In this document: positions 1-13,249 of the stretch, one piece after another | Layout of the letters: each line of letters begins with the position of its first letter | How positions within the stretch are numbered: position 1 is the first letter of the stretch | DNA from: an uncultured delta proteobacterium | Lineage (GTDB): Bacteria; Myxococcota; Myxococcia; Myxococcales; Anaeromyxobacteraceae | Reading direction: 5' to 3' | DNA length: 44,709 nucleotides | Assembly (NCBI GenBank): GCA_963845515.1 | Contig: CAWJSR010000051.1 | Span: forward strand, 1-44,709 | Notes under the pieces: model-generated | Database searches by the model: none | The model's input: the letters and a program-made list of their open reading frames with translations, nothing else | What the model was told of the DNA's origin: nothing | Made by a program: the position numbers and the translations under genes

Positions 1-39
1 CCTCTCCCTCACTGAGGGAGAGGGGATGAGATGGAGGGT
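1..39. repeat. REP-like palindrome (CCTCTCCCTC-act-GAGGGAGAGG), truncated by the window edge
   Basis: Perfect hairpin next to the stop of the DHS-like gene; same family as copies at 8472 and 9189. Confidence 0.6.
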
Positions 40-1070
40 TCAGCCCACCAGCTTCTTGATCAGCGCGTTGGCCGCCTTCGGGTTCGCCTTGCACTCGAGC
101 AGCGCGCTGCAGCATGAGCGGCGCGACGATCGTGGCGTCGGACTCGATGACGAACATCGGCGTGTCCTCGCGTCAGCTTGTCCCAGGTGATCTTCTCGTT
201 CGGCGTCGCGCCCGAGTAGGAGCCGTAGGACGTCGTCGAGTCGGAGATCTGGCAGAAGTAGGCCCAGGGCTTCACCGGCTCCTGCGAGGTCGTACTTGAT
301 CGACGGCACGACGCAGATCGGGAAGTCGCCGGCGATGCCGCCGCCGATCTGGAAGAAGCCGACGCCCTTGCCCTTCGAGAGCTCGCGGTACTGGTCGTAG
401 AACGCGCGCCATGTACTCGATGCCCGACTTGACGATCGCGGCGCTGCACTCGCCCGTCTTCACGTGCGACGCGAAGATGTTGCCGAAGGTCGAGTCCTCG
501 TGGCCGGGGACCACGATCGGCAGGTTCGCCTTCGCCGCGGCGAGCAGCCAGCACTCGTCGGGCTCGCCCTCGTGGAGCTTCCGGCGGGATCGTCTGGATC
601 AGCTCGTAGAAGTACTCGTGCCAGAAGCGGCGCTCGCCGCGTCTTCGTCGCGTCGCTTCCACATCGGGACGATGAACTTCTCGACGGCGCGGAACGCCTC
701 GTCCTCGGGGATGCTGGTGTCGGTGACGCGGCGCATCCGCTCCTCGAGGATGCGGGTGTCGTCGTCCTTGGTGAAGTAGCGATAGTCCGGGAAGTCCTTG
801 TAGCTGTCGTGCGCGACGAGGCGGAAGAGCGACTCCTCGAGGTTCGCGCCCGTCACCGAGAGGCCGTGGATCAGCCCGGCGCGGATGGCCGGCGCCAGCG
901 TGATGCCGAGCTGCGCCGAGGACATCGCACCGGCCACCGCCCAGAACATCTTTCCGCCGCCCTCGACGTGGCGCCAGTAGGCGAGCAGCGCGTCGCGCGG
1001 TCGCGCGCGCGTTGAAGTTCTTGTAGTTCTTGAGGACGAATTCGAGAACGGGCAGTTTGGTGGTCGCCAT
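40..1070 (-). CDS. Deoxyhypusine synthase-like protein (possible homospermidine synthase), several frameshifts
   Basis: Segments across frames: KNFNA, MFWAVAGAMSSAQLG..TGANLEE, PGHEDSTFGN, FCQISDSTTSYGSYSGATPNEKITWDKL; ATG at 1070, TGA at 40. Confidence 0.85.
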
Positions 1071-1077
1071 GGGCCGC

Positions 1078-1638
1078 CTATCTAGCACGGGGTGAAGGCT
1101 TCGGAACAGGCGCCCGTGTCGGGCTCTGGGATCCGGTCCCGAGCCGCTTCAGCGTCTCCTGGGCCGTGGGGCGCCACTGCACGAGGAGGTTGTGGTCCCG
1201 GGCGAGCGCCGCGAGGTCCGACCCCTGGCCGTCGACGGCGAAGCGGCCGAACCCCACCCTCCCCCCGACCAGCGCCAGCGCCGAGAGGGCAGCCCAGATC
1301 ACGAGCCCCGCCTTGGCGCCCCCGAGGAGCGCCCCGAGCCCCCGATCCGGCGGGCTGCGGACGACGCCGGAGAAGCTCCGCGTCGCGAGGAAGAGGTGGC
1401 CGATCCAGGCGGCCAGGATGCTGAACCCGAGGAAGAGGAGGAGCCCGGCCGCACCGCTCGCAGTCGCCTGCGGGAGCCACCGCGAGAGGCCGCGCGCCAC
1501 GGGGGGCCCCAGGTTCCACGCAGCCAGCCAGCCCACGAGCACCCCGGCGAGCTGCACCAGCTGGTACAGGGCGCCCGAAGAGGAGCCGAGCGCCGCGGCG
1601 ACGGCAAGGAACGCGATCGCCGCGAGATCGATGGCCAT
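1078..1638 (-). CDS. CvpA (colicin V production) family membrane protein
   Basis: Hydrophobic helices with DRGLGALLGGAKAGL motif; start at MAIDLAA. Confidence 0.75.
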   Translation of the reverse strand: MAIDLAAIAFLAVAAALGSSSGALYQLVQLAGVLVGWLAAWNLGPPVARGLSRWLPQATASGAAGLLLFLGFSILAAWIGHLFLATRSFSGVVRSPPDRGLGALLGGAKAGLVIWAALSALALVGGRVGFGRFAVDGQGSDLAALARDHNLLVQWRPTAQETLKRLGTGSQSPTRAPVPKPSPRAR

Positions 1639-1652
1639 GTGGGGCTCCCAGC

Positions 1653-2216
1653 CTACTTGATCCGGTAGTCGCCCTTGGGGCGGGCCTTCGCGAGCTCCGA
1701 CTGCACGGCCGCCAGCTGCTCCTTGAACCTGGGGTTGGCCGGCTCGTACATCATCGCGCTCTTGAGCGCAGCCTCGGCCTTGTCCCAGCGCCTCGCCTGG
1801 ACCTCCTGGAGCGCGGCCTGGAAGAACTTCCGCCCGTTCGGGGTCTGGCCGAACTGCTCCTCGACCTTGCGCTTGGCCTCCTCCTTCACCTGCGCCTCGT
1901 CGGCCTCGGTGAAGCGGAGCTTGGAGGCGCGGTCGGGGCCGGTGACGTCGGCGACGTACTTCAGCCGCTTCTGGTCGTCGCGCAGGACGGTCCACGCCTC
2001 GTTGACCCGGCGGTAGATCCGCCCGATCACCTCGCGGACCCTCGGGTCCTCGACCGCCGCGAAGCGGTCGGGGTGAAAGGCGCGCGACTCGCGGTAGTAG
2101 GCCGCCTTGATCTCGGGCGGCGACGCCGTCCGCTGGATCTTCAGCACGCCGAAGTAGTCGAGCTGATCGAGCGCTGCGGCGAGCGCCTCGACCTCGCTGA
2201 GGAACTGGGGATCCAT
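1653..2216 (-). CDS. J-domain protein with C-terminal TPR-like helices
   Basis: DYFGVLKI..EIKAAYY..FHPDRF..NEAWTVLRD (HPD motif); TPR-like C-terminus. Confidence 0.85.
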   Translation of the reverse strand: MDPQFLSEVEALAAALDQLDYFGVLKIQRTASPPEIKAAYYRESRAFHPDRFAAVEDPRVREVIGRIYRRVNEAWTVLRDDQKRLKYVADVTGPDRASKLRFTEADEAQVKEEAKRKVEEQFGQTPNGRKFFQAALQEVQARRWDKAEAALKSAMMYEPANPRFKEQLAAVQSELAKARPKGDYRIK

Positions 2217-2243
2217 CGTGCGGGACTCCTCACCCTTCGCCCG

Positions 2244-3845
<1,602 letters not shown>

Positions 3846-3926
3846 GGCGAGTCTTCCGGCACTTCCCCCGAGTCTGGCGATCCTAGACGACGGGTCGCGA
3901 TTGGGCAACGGCGCGGCAGGCCGCGC

Positions 3927-4973
3927 TCAGACGATGGCCCACGGGCGCGGCACGAAGAGCGCCTCCCAGGTCTCGAGCGCGAAGCGGTCCGTCATGCCGG
4001 AGATGAAGTCGGCCACGGCCCGCTCCGGGGGGTCGCCCTCGCGCGCGGCGATCCCGAAGCGCTGCCTGCAGCGCCCGGCGTCCTCCGTGCACCACTCCCA
4101 GAGGTCCTGGAGCAGCCGCTGGGCCTTCTGGAACTCCTCGTGGACGACCGGGTTCTCGTAGACGCGCGCGTAGAGGAAGTCGCGGAGGGCGAGGAGCGCC
4201 GCGTGCACGTCCTCCGACATCGTCACGTGGCCGCCGCCGTCGAGGTCGGTCGTGCGGATGACGTCGCCGATGAGGGTCGCGAGCCGCTCGGAGTGGCGGG
4301 CGCCCAGCACGCGCCTGATCTCCGCCGGCACGTCCCCCTCGGCGATCAGCTCGGCCCGCTCGGCGTCGTCGAGGTCGTGGTTCACGTAGGCCACGATGTC
4401 GGCGATCCGTACGATCTCCGCCTCCAACGTCCTCGGCTGCGCGCTCCCGCTCAGCATGACCTCGCCCCGCCCCTTGGAGTGGCGCAGGATCCCGTCGCGG
4501 ACCTCCGCGGTGAGGTTGAGCCCCCGGCCGTCGTTCTCCAGGAGGTCCACCACGCGCCCCGACTGCTGGACGTGGTGGAAGCCACCGGGGACGAGCCTCG
4601 ACAGGACGCGCTCTCCGGCGTGACCGAACGGGGTGTGGCCGAGGTCGTGTCCCATTACCATCGCCTCGACGAGCATCTCGTTGAGCCGGAGGGCGCGGGC
4701 GATGGACCGTCCCACCTGCGCGACCTCGAGCGTGTGGGTGAGCCTGTTCCTGTAGTGGTCGCCGCGAGGCGCGAGGAAGACCTGGGTCTTGCCCTTGAGC
4801 CGTCGGAACGACTTGCAGTGGAGCAGCCGATCGCGGTCCCGCTGGAAGGCCGGACGCATCTCGTCCTCCTGATGCGGCTCCGCGCGCCCCGCTGAACGCG
4901 CGGAGAACGCGGCGCGCGGGTGGAGCGTCTGGACCTCCTGCTCCTCGAGCATCTCGCGGATGTTGCGCGCCAT
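3927..4973 (-). CDS. dgt: Deoxyguanosinetriphosphate triphosphohydrolase (short HD-domain dGTPase)
   Basis: FQRDRDR, FRRLKGKTQVF, RLTHTLEV, HDLGHTPFGHAGE, DFISGMTD. Confidence 0.9.
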   Translation of the reverse strand: MARNIREMLEEQEVQTLHPRAAFSARSAGRAEPHQEDEMRPAFQRDRDRLLHCKSFRRLKGKTQVFLAPRGDHYRNRLTHTLEVAQVGRSIARALRLNEMLVEAMVMGHDLGHTPFGHAGERVLSRLVPGGFHHVQQSGRVVDLLENDGRGLNLTAEVRDGILRHSKGRGEVMLSGSAQPRTLEAEIVRIADIVAYVNHDLDDAERAELIAEGDVPAEIRRVLGARHSERLATLIGDVIRTTDLDGGGHVTMSEDVHAALLALRDFLYARVYENPVVHEEFQKAQRLLQDLWEWCTEDAGRCRQRFGIAAREGDPPERAVADFISGMTDRFALETWEALFVPRPWAIV

Positions 4974-5004
4974 GGTGTCTCCCTACCCCCTCCCGCGCGC
5001 GCCC

Positions 5005-5754
5005 TCAACCCCCGCCATGGAAGCTGGCCTCCAGCGTCATCATCAGGAGGTTGGAGAGCGCGTGAAACAGGACCGGCGCGGCGAGCCCCCCGGTCCGCGC
5101 GCGGAGCCAGCCGAAGAGGAGGCCGGGGAAGAAGGTCCCGAGCCGCCAGGGTTGGAGCACCAGCAGGTGGCCGAGGGCGAAGAGCGCCTGCGTGCGGACG
5201 AACCCGGGCCCCAGCTCCGCCCCGAGCAGCCGCACCCGGCGCCCCGGTGCCCGGCTCCAGGCGGTCTGCATGAACCCACGGTAGAAGAGCTCCTCGGGGA
5301 GCGCGACCACGAGGAGCTGCGCGACGATCCGGAGCGCGAGCTCCGGGGGCGCCCGAAGCTCGAAGCGGGGGGAGCCGACGTAAGGGGCGAGGGAGCGGGC
5401 GAGCGGTGGGGGGAGGCTCGGGAGCCACTCGACGAAGGCCTGGTAACCGAGCGCGAAGAGCGGAAAGAGCAGCGCGGCCAGGGTGAAGGCCCAGAGCGCG
5501 CCGCGCCCCCAGGCGCGCCACGTCCGCGCGTCGCGAACGCCCCACCACTGCAGGCCGTACTCGTCCCAGTACTCGTCGCGAGCGCGCAGGACGCGGTCAG
5601 GCAGGAGGACGAAGAGGAGCGCGCCGATGCCGGCCAGGTTCGCGGCGAGGAGCGGAAGAGGAATGGCCTTCGCGCACGCCATGGCGCCGATCGCCAGCGC
5701 CCACGTGGCGACCAGGCTGCGCGGCGCGATCGGGCCCGGCGGGTGGGTGGTCAC
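5005..5754 (-). CDS. CPBP/Abi-family intramembrane glutamic protease (possibly myxosortase-type)
   Basis: PEELFYRG, FALGH, FHALSN motifs; multiple TM helices. Confidence 0.8.
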   Translation of the reverse strand: MTTHPPGPIAPRSLVATWALAIGAMACAKAIPLPLLAANLAGIGALLFVLLPDRVLRARDEYWDEYGLQWWGVRDARTWRAWGRGALWAFTLAALLFPLFALGYQAFVEWLPSLPPPLARSLAPYVGSPRFELRAPPELALRIVAQLLVVALPEELFYRGFMQTAWSRAPGRRVRLLGAELGPGFVRTQALFALGHLLVLQPWRLGTFFPGLLFGWLRARTGGLAAPVLFHALSNLLMMTLEASFHGGG

Positions 5755-5766
5755 GTGCGCGACTTC

Positions 5767-6156
5767 TCAGTCCTTCGCGAGCTGCGCCGCCGTAGCCTTG
5801 GCGACGAGCGCCACCGCGTGGTCCGGATCGAAGGGCTTGCGCAGGATCTCGTCCGCGCCCAGCCGCTTGTACATGTCGAGCTCGCGATCGCTGATCCGGG
5901 AGCTCATCAGCACGAGGAACATCTTCTTCCAGTGCGGATGGGCCTTCACGAGCCGGCAGACGTCCGCGCCGTTCAACCTCGGCATGTAGATGTCCAGGAG
6001 GATGGCGTCGGGGTTGACGGCCGCCATCTTCCGGAACACCTCCTCGCCGTCCATCGCGGTCGCCACGTCGAACCCGGCGTCCTCGAACGCCCCAGTGAGG
6101 GCGTCGATGATGGCCTGCGAGTCGTCGACCACGAGGACCGTCTTCCGCCGGTTCAT
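5767..6156 (-). CDS. Single-domain response regulator (CheY-like receiver)
   Basis: VLVVDDS, LLDIYMPRLNG, LRKPF; start at MNRRKT. Confidence 0.9.
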   Translation of the reverse strand: MNRRKTVLVVDDSQAIIDALTGAFEDAGFDVATAMDGEEVFRKMAAVNPDAILLDIYMPRLNGADVCRLVKAHPHWKKMFLVLMSSRISDRELDMYKRLGADEILRKPFDPDHAVALVAKATAAQLAKD

Positions 6157-6182
6157 TGATCGAGGTTTATACTCGATCAGCC

Positions 6183-6977
6183 ATGCTCCGCGAACCCGCC
6201 GTCGCAGGCCGGTTCTACCCCGGGAGCCACTCTCGGCTCGCCGCCGAGGTGGACGGTTTCCTGCGGCCGACCGCCGAGCGGGCGCCGGCCAGGGGACTGG
6301 TGGCGCCCCACGCCGGCTACGTGTACTCCGGAGCCATCGCGGGCGAGGTGTACCGCCGGGTGGAGATCCCCCAGAGGGTCGTAATCCTGGGGCCCAACCA
6401 CACCGGACTCGGCCCACCCGCCTCACTCTGGCCCGAGGGCAGCTGGCGGACGCCGCTCGGCGAGGTCCCCGTGGACGCGGCGCTGACCGCCGCGCTGGCC
6501 ACGGCTCCCGGCGTCGAGCTCGACGACGAGGCGCACCTCCACGAGCACTCCCTGGAGGTCCAGGTTCCCTTCCTGCAGCGCGCGCAGCCGGCCCTCACCC
6601 TTGCGGCGCTCTGCCTCGGTCCGCTCTCCTGGATGGAGTGCGAGGCGCTGGGGCGGGCCCTCGGACGGGCGGCGGGAGCGGCCGGGGCGCTGATCGTCGC
6701 GTCGAGCGACATGAGCCACTACATCCAGGCCGCCGAGGCGCGACGTAAGGACCGGCTGGCCATCGACCGGATCCTCGCCCTCGATCCGGCCGGCCTCTAC
6801 GAGGTGGTCAGGCGCGAGCGGATCTCGATGTGCGGCTTCATCCCGGCCACCGTCATGCTGGTCGCGGCGACGGCGATGGGGGCGACTGCCGCGGAGCTCG
6901 TCCGCTACGGCCACTCTGGCGAGGTTACGGGGGACGACGCGCAGGTGGTCGGCTACGCGGCAATCCGGGTGTGGTAA
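6183..6977 (+). CDS. amrB: MEMO1-family protein (AmmeMemoRadiSam system protein B)
   Basis: REPAVAGRFYP, PHAGYVYSG, GPNHTG, EHSLEVQVPFLQ, SSDMSHY, SMCG. Confidence 0.9.
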   Translation: MLREPAVAGRFYPGSHSRLAAEVDGFLRPTAERAPARGLVAPHAGYVYSGAIAGEVYRRVEIPQRVVILGPNHTGLGPPASLWPEGSWRTPLGEVPVDAALTAALATAPGVELDDEAHLHEHSLEVQVPFLQRAQPALTLAALCLGPLSWMECEALGRALGRAAGAAGALIVASSDMSHYIQAAEARRKDRLAIDRILALDPAGLYEVVRRERISMCGFIPATVMLVAATAMGATAAELVRYGHSGEVTGDDAQVVGYAAIRVW

Positions 6978-6988
6978 AACCCGCCGCC

Positions 6989-8407
6989 ATGACGGAAAAG
7001 GTCCGCGTTCGCTTCGCTCCCTCCCCGACCGGTTACCTCCACATCGGCGGCGCCCGCACGGCCCTCTTCAACTGGCTCTGGGCGCGCCACACCGGCGGCA
7101 CGTTCGTCCTGCGCATCGAGGACACCGACCAGTCGCGCTCCACCAAGGAGGCCGAGGAGGCCATCTTCGAGGGGATGCGCTGGCTCGGGCTGGACTGGGA
7201 CGAGGGGCCGGACGTCGGCGGCCCGCACGGGCCCTACTTCCAGATGGAGCGGCTGGACTCCTACAAGGCGCACGCCGAGCGGCTCATCAAGGAGGGGAAG
7301 GCCTTCGCCTGCTACTGCACGAAGGAGGAGCTGGACGCCGGCCGCAAGCAGGCCGAGGCAGCGAAGGTCCAGTTCCGCTACCCCGGGACCTGCAGGGCGA
7401 AGCCGTACGATCCCACGAAGCCGCACGTCATCCGCTTCCGGGTCCCGGAGACCGGCAGCACCGGCTGGAACGACCTGGTGAAGGGGCGGATCGAGACGCC
7501 GCACGACACGCTGCAGGACGAGGTGATCCTCCGCTCCGACGGCGTGCCGCTCTACAACTTCGGCGCCGTCGTCGACGACATCACGATGAAGATCAACCTG
7601 GTCGCCCGCGGCGACGACCACGTGAACAACACGGCGCGCCAGATCCTGCTGTACCAGGCGCTCGGCTACCCGGTGCCGCACTTCGCGCACCTGCCGATGA
7701 TCCTCGGCGCGGACAAGGCCCGGCTCTCGAAGCGCCACGGCGCGACCAGCGTCACCGCCTACCGCGACATGGGCTTCCTGCCGGAGGCGGTCGTCAACTA
7801 CCTCGTCAGGCTCGGCTGGTCGCACGGCGACCAGGAGATCTTCAGCCTGAAGGAGCTGGTCGAGTTCTTCGACTTCCAGCAGGTCGGCGCGACGGCCGGC
7901 GTCTTCAACTTCGAGAAGATGCTCTGGGTCAACCACGAGTGGCTGCGGAAGCTCACCCCCGCGCAGCTCGCCGCGAAGGCCCTCCCCTTCTTCCGCGCCG
8001 CCGGGCTCGACGCGCAGGAGGACGCGAAGCTGGTCAAGATCGCGGCGCTCGGCCAGGAGCGGACCAAGAGCCTCGTCGAGCTGGCGACGTGGGCGCGCTA
8101 CTTCTACCTGCCGATCGAGCTCGATCCCAAGGCGAAGGCCAAGTTCCTGGTCGCTGACTCGAGGCCTCTGCTCCAGGCGGTCCGGGACGGGATAGCAGCG
8201 ATGGAGACGCCCGAGGAGAAGGCGCTCGAGGCGCTCTTCACCGGCCTCGCCGAGGCGAAGGGGTTGGGGCTCGGCAAGATCGCCCAGCCGGTCCGCGTCG
8301 CGCTCACCGGCGGGACCGCGTCACCGAGCATCTACGACGTGGTCCTCCTGCTCGGGAAGGCGACGTCGCTGCAGCGGCTGGACGACGCGATCGCGCTCTG
8401 CGGCTGA
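6989..8407 (+). CDS. gltX: Glutamate--tRNA ligase
   Basis: RFAPSPTGYLHIGGARTALFN, RIEDTD, RGDDH, RLSKRHGA. Confidence 0.96.
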   Translation: MTEKVRVRFAPSPTGYLHIGGARTALFNWLWARHTGGTFVLRIEDTDQSRSTKEAEEAIFEGMRWLGLDWDEGPDVGGPHGPYFQMERLDSYKAHAERLIKEGKAFACYCTKEELDAGRKQAEAAKVQFRYPGTCRAKPYDPTKPHVIRFRVPETGSTGWNDLVKGRIETPHDTLQDEVILRSDGVPLYNFGAVVDDITMKINLVARGDDHVNNTARQILLYQALGYPVPHFAHLPMILGADKARLSKRHGATSVTAYRDMGFLPEAVVNYLVRLGWSHGDQEIFSLKELVEFFDFQQVGATAGVFNFEKMLWVNHEWLRKLTPAQLAAKALPFFRAAGLDAQEDAKLVKIAALGQERTKSLVELATWARYFYLPIELDPKAKAKFLVADSRPLLQAVRDGIAAMETPEEKALEALFTGLAEAKGLGLGKIAQPVRVALTGGTASPSIYDVVLLLGKATSLQRLDDAIALCG

Positions 8408-8471
8408 GCGGCCTCGTCCCCGCTCCCCAACCGGCTGACCGTTCATCGCGTCTTCGCGCCTTGGTGATGCA

Positions 8472-8512
8472 CCTCTCCCCCGCCCCAGCGGGGGAGAGGC
8501 TGGGTGAGGGGG
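8472..8512. repeat. REP-like palindrome
   Basis: CCTCTCCCCCGC-ccca-GCGGGGGAGAGG followed by CTGGGTGAGGGG. Confidence 0.65.
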
Positions 8513-8528
8513 GCACAGGTGCCACATC

Positions 8529-8559
8529 TTGAATCCGGTCAGATAACGGACCATATTCA
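8529..8559 (+). promoter_or_regulatory. sigma70-type promoter of the TA operon with overlapping inverted-repeat operator
   Basis: TTGAAT (8529-8534), 17 nt, CATATT (8552-8557); imperfect IR TGAATccGGTC-8nt-GACCatATTCA (8530-8559). Confidence 0.55.
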
Positions 8560-8563
8560 GACC

Positions 8564-8851
8564 ATGAAGCCGCTGCGCGTCTCCGAGGACGTCGTCCCGG
8601 TCGGCCAGTTCAAGGCCCAGGCGAAGAAGTGGCTCGCCCGGGCCGCCGAGACCGGCCAGCCGCTCGTCATCACGCAGAACGGTCGCCCCGCGGGGGTCCT
8701 GCTCTCCCCCGCCGAGTTCGACCGGCTGGTCGAGCGCTACCAGTTCGTCCGCGCGGTCGAGGAGGGGATCGCCGACGCCGACGCCGGGCGCCTCATCGAC
8801 GGAGCGGCCCTCCGCGCGCGGCTCGGGCTCGGGCGTCCGAAGCGGCGATGA
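8564..8851 (+). CDS. Phd/YefM family antitoxin
   Basis: VPVGQFKAQAKKWL..GQPLVITQNGRPAGVLLSPAEFD. Confidence 0.9.
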   Translation: MKPLRVSEDVVPVGQFKAQAKKWLARAAETGQPLVITQNGRPAGVLLSPAEFDRLVERYQFVRAVEEGIADADAGRLIDGAALRARLGLGRPKRR

Positions 8852-9136
8852 AGGTCCGCTGGACGGATGCCGCAGCTCGGCGGATCGAGGCAATACACGG
8901 CTTCGTCGCCATGGACGACCCCGCGGCTGCGCGCCGCCTGGCACGAACTCGTAGCGCTGGGTGAGTCCTTGCGTACGATGCCGCATCGCGGTCGGCGCGT
9001 TCCCGAGCTGCCCAATCCGGCGATCAGGGAGCTGATCCTCCGCAACTACCGGCTGGTCTACCGGGTCCAGGGATCGGCTGTGGAGATCCTCACGGTCTTC
9101 GAGGCCCACCGCCTCTTCCCTGCCGAGGACCTCTAG
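8848..9136 (+). CDS. RelE/ParE family toxin (frameshift near 8941)
   Basis: MKVRWTDAAARRIEAIHGFVAMDDPAAARR then shifted frame LRTMPHRGRRVPEL..IRELILRNYRLVYRV..VEILTVFEAHR; ATGA overlap with the antitoxin. Confidence 0.85.
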
Positions 9137-9188
9137 CTTCCTACCCGAGCTTCCCGTTGAGGACGAGGGCGTTCACCTTGGTGCCCTC

Positions 9189-9225
9189 CCCTCTCCCTCA
9201 TCGAGGGAGAGGGACAGGGTGAGGG
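9189..9225. repeat. REP-like palindrome
   Basis: CCCTCTCCCTC-atc-GAGGGAGAGGG-acagggtgaggg. Confidence 0.65.
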
Positions 9226-9229
9226 AGCG

Positions 9230-11544
<2,315 letters not shown>

Positions 11545-11657
11545 GCGTTGGCCGTGTTACCGCGCCGTGCGTGGACGCGCAACATCGCGTGACGGCTCGG
11601 CAAAGCGGCGCCGCCCCGGCGCGGCCGGCCTACCGCCCGGGGCGCGCCCATCCGGCC

Positions 11658-11687
11658 TTGACATGCAACCCGGCTCCGTGGTTTTTA
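11658..11687 (+). promoter_or_regulatory. Putative sigma70 promoter for tRNA-Glu
   Basis: Perfect TTGACA at 11658-11663 and T-rich TGGTTTTTA at -10 spacing. Confidence 0.45.
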
Positions 11688-11774
11688 GCGCCTCCGCTGC
11701 CGGAAACGGCCGCGGCCCGCCTTCCGAGGCGGCCAACCCGGGACTCTCCGGGGCGGAACCACGGAAACCTTCGT

Positions 11775-11849
<75 letters not shown>

Positions 11850-11854
11850 TCTCG

Positions 11855-11895
11855 GCCCCCGCAATTCTTCCAAGAGTTGCGGGGGCTTCTTCTTT
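11855..11895 (+). terminator. Intrinsic terminator after tRNA-Glu
   Basis: GCCCCCGCAATTCTT/AAGAGTTGCGGGGGC stem followed by TTCTTCTTT. Confidence 0.75.
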
Positions 11896-12053
11896 GGACG
11901 GTCCCGTACTGGTCACCAGGGGGGTCACCATCTCGCGGACCTCCAGCGCGGGCGCCACGGGGAAGAAGGCCAGGTCAGCCGAACTCAGGCTTCGGCGGGA
12001 ATCAGGTCTAGCGGGAATCAGGTCTGGGGGGCGCTGCTCGGAGTTACGAGCGT

Positions 12054-13233
<1,180 letters not shown>

Positions 13234-13249
13234 GGGTATACGACGACCG

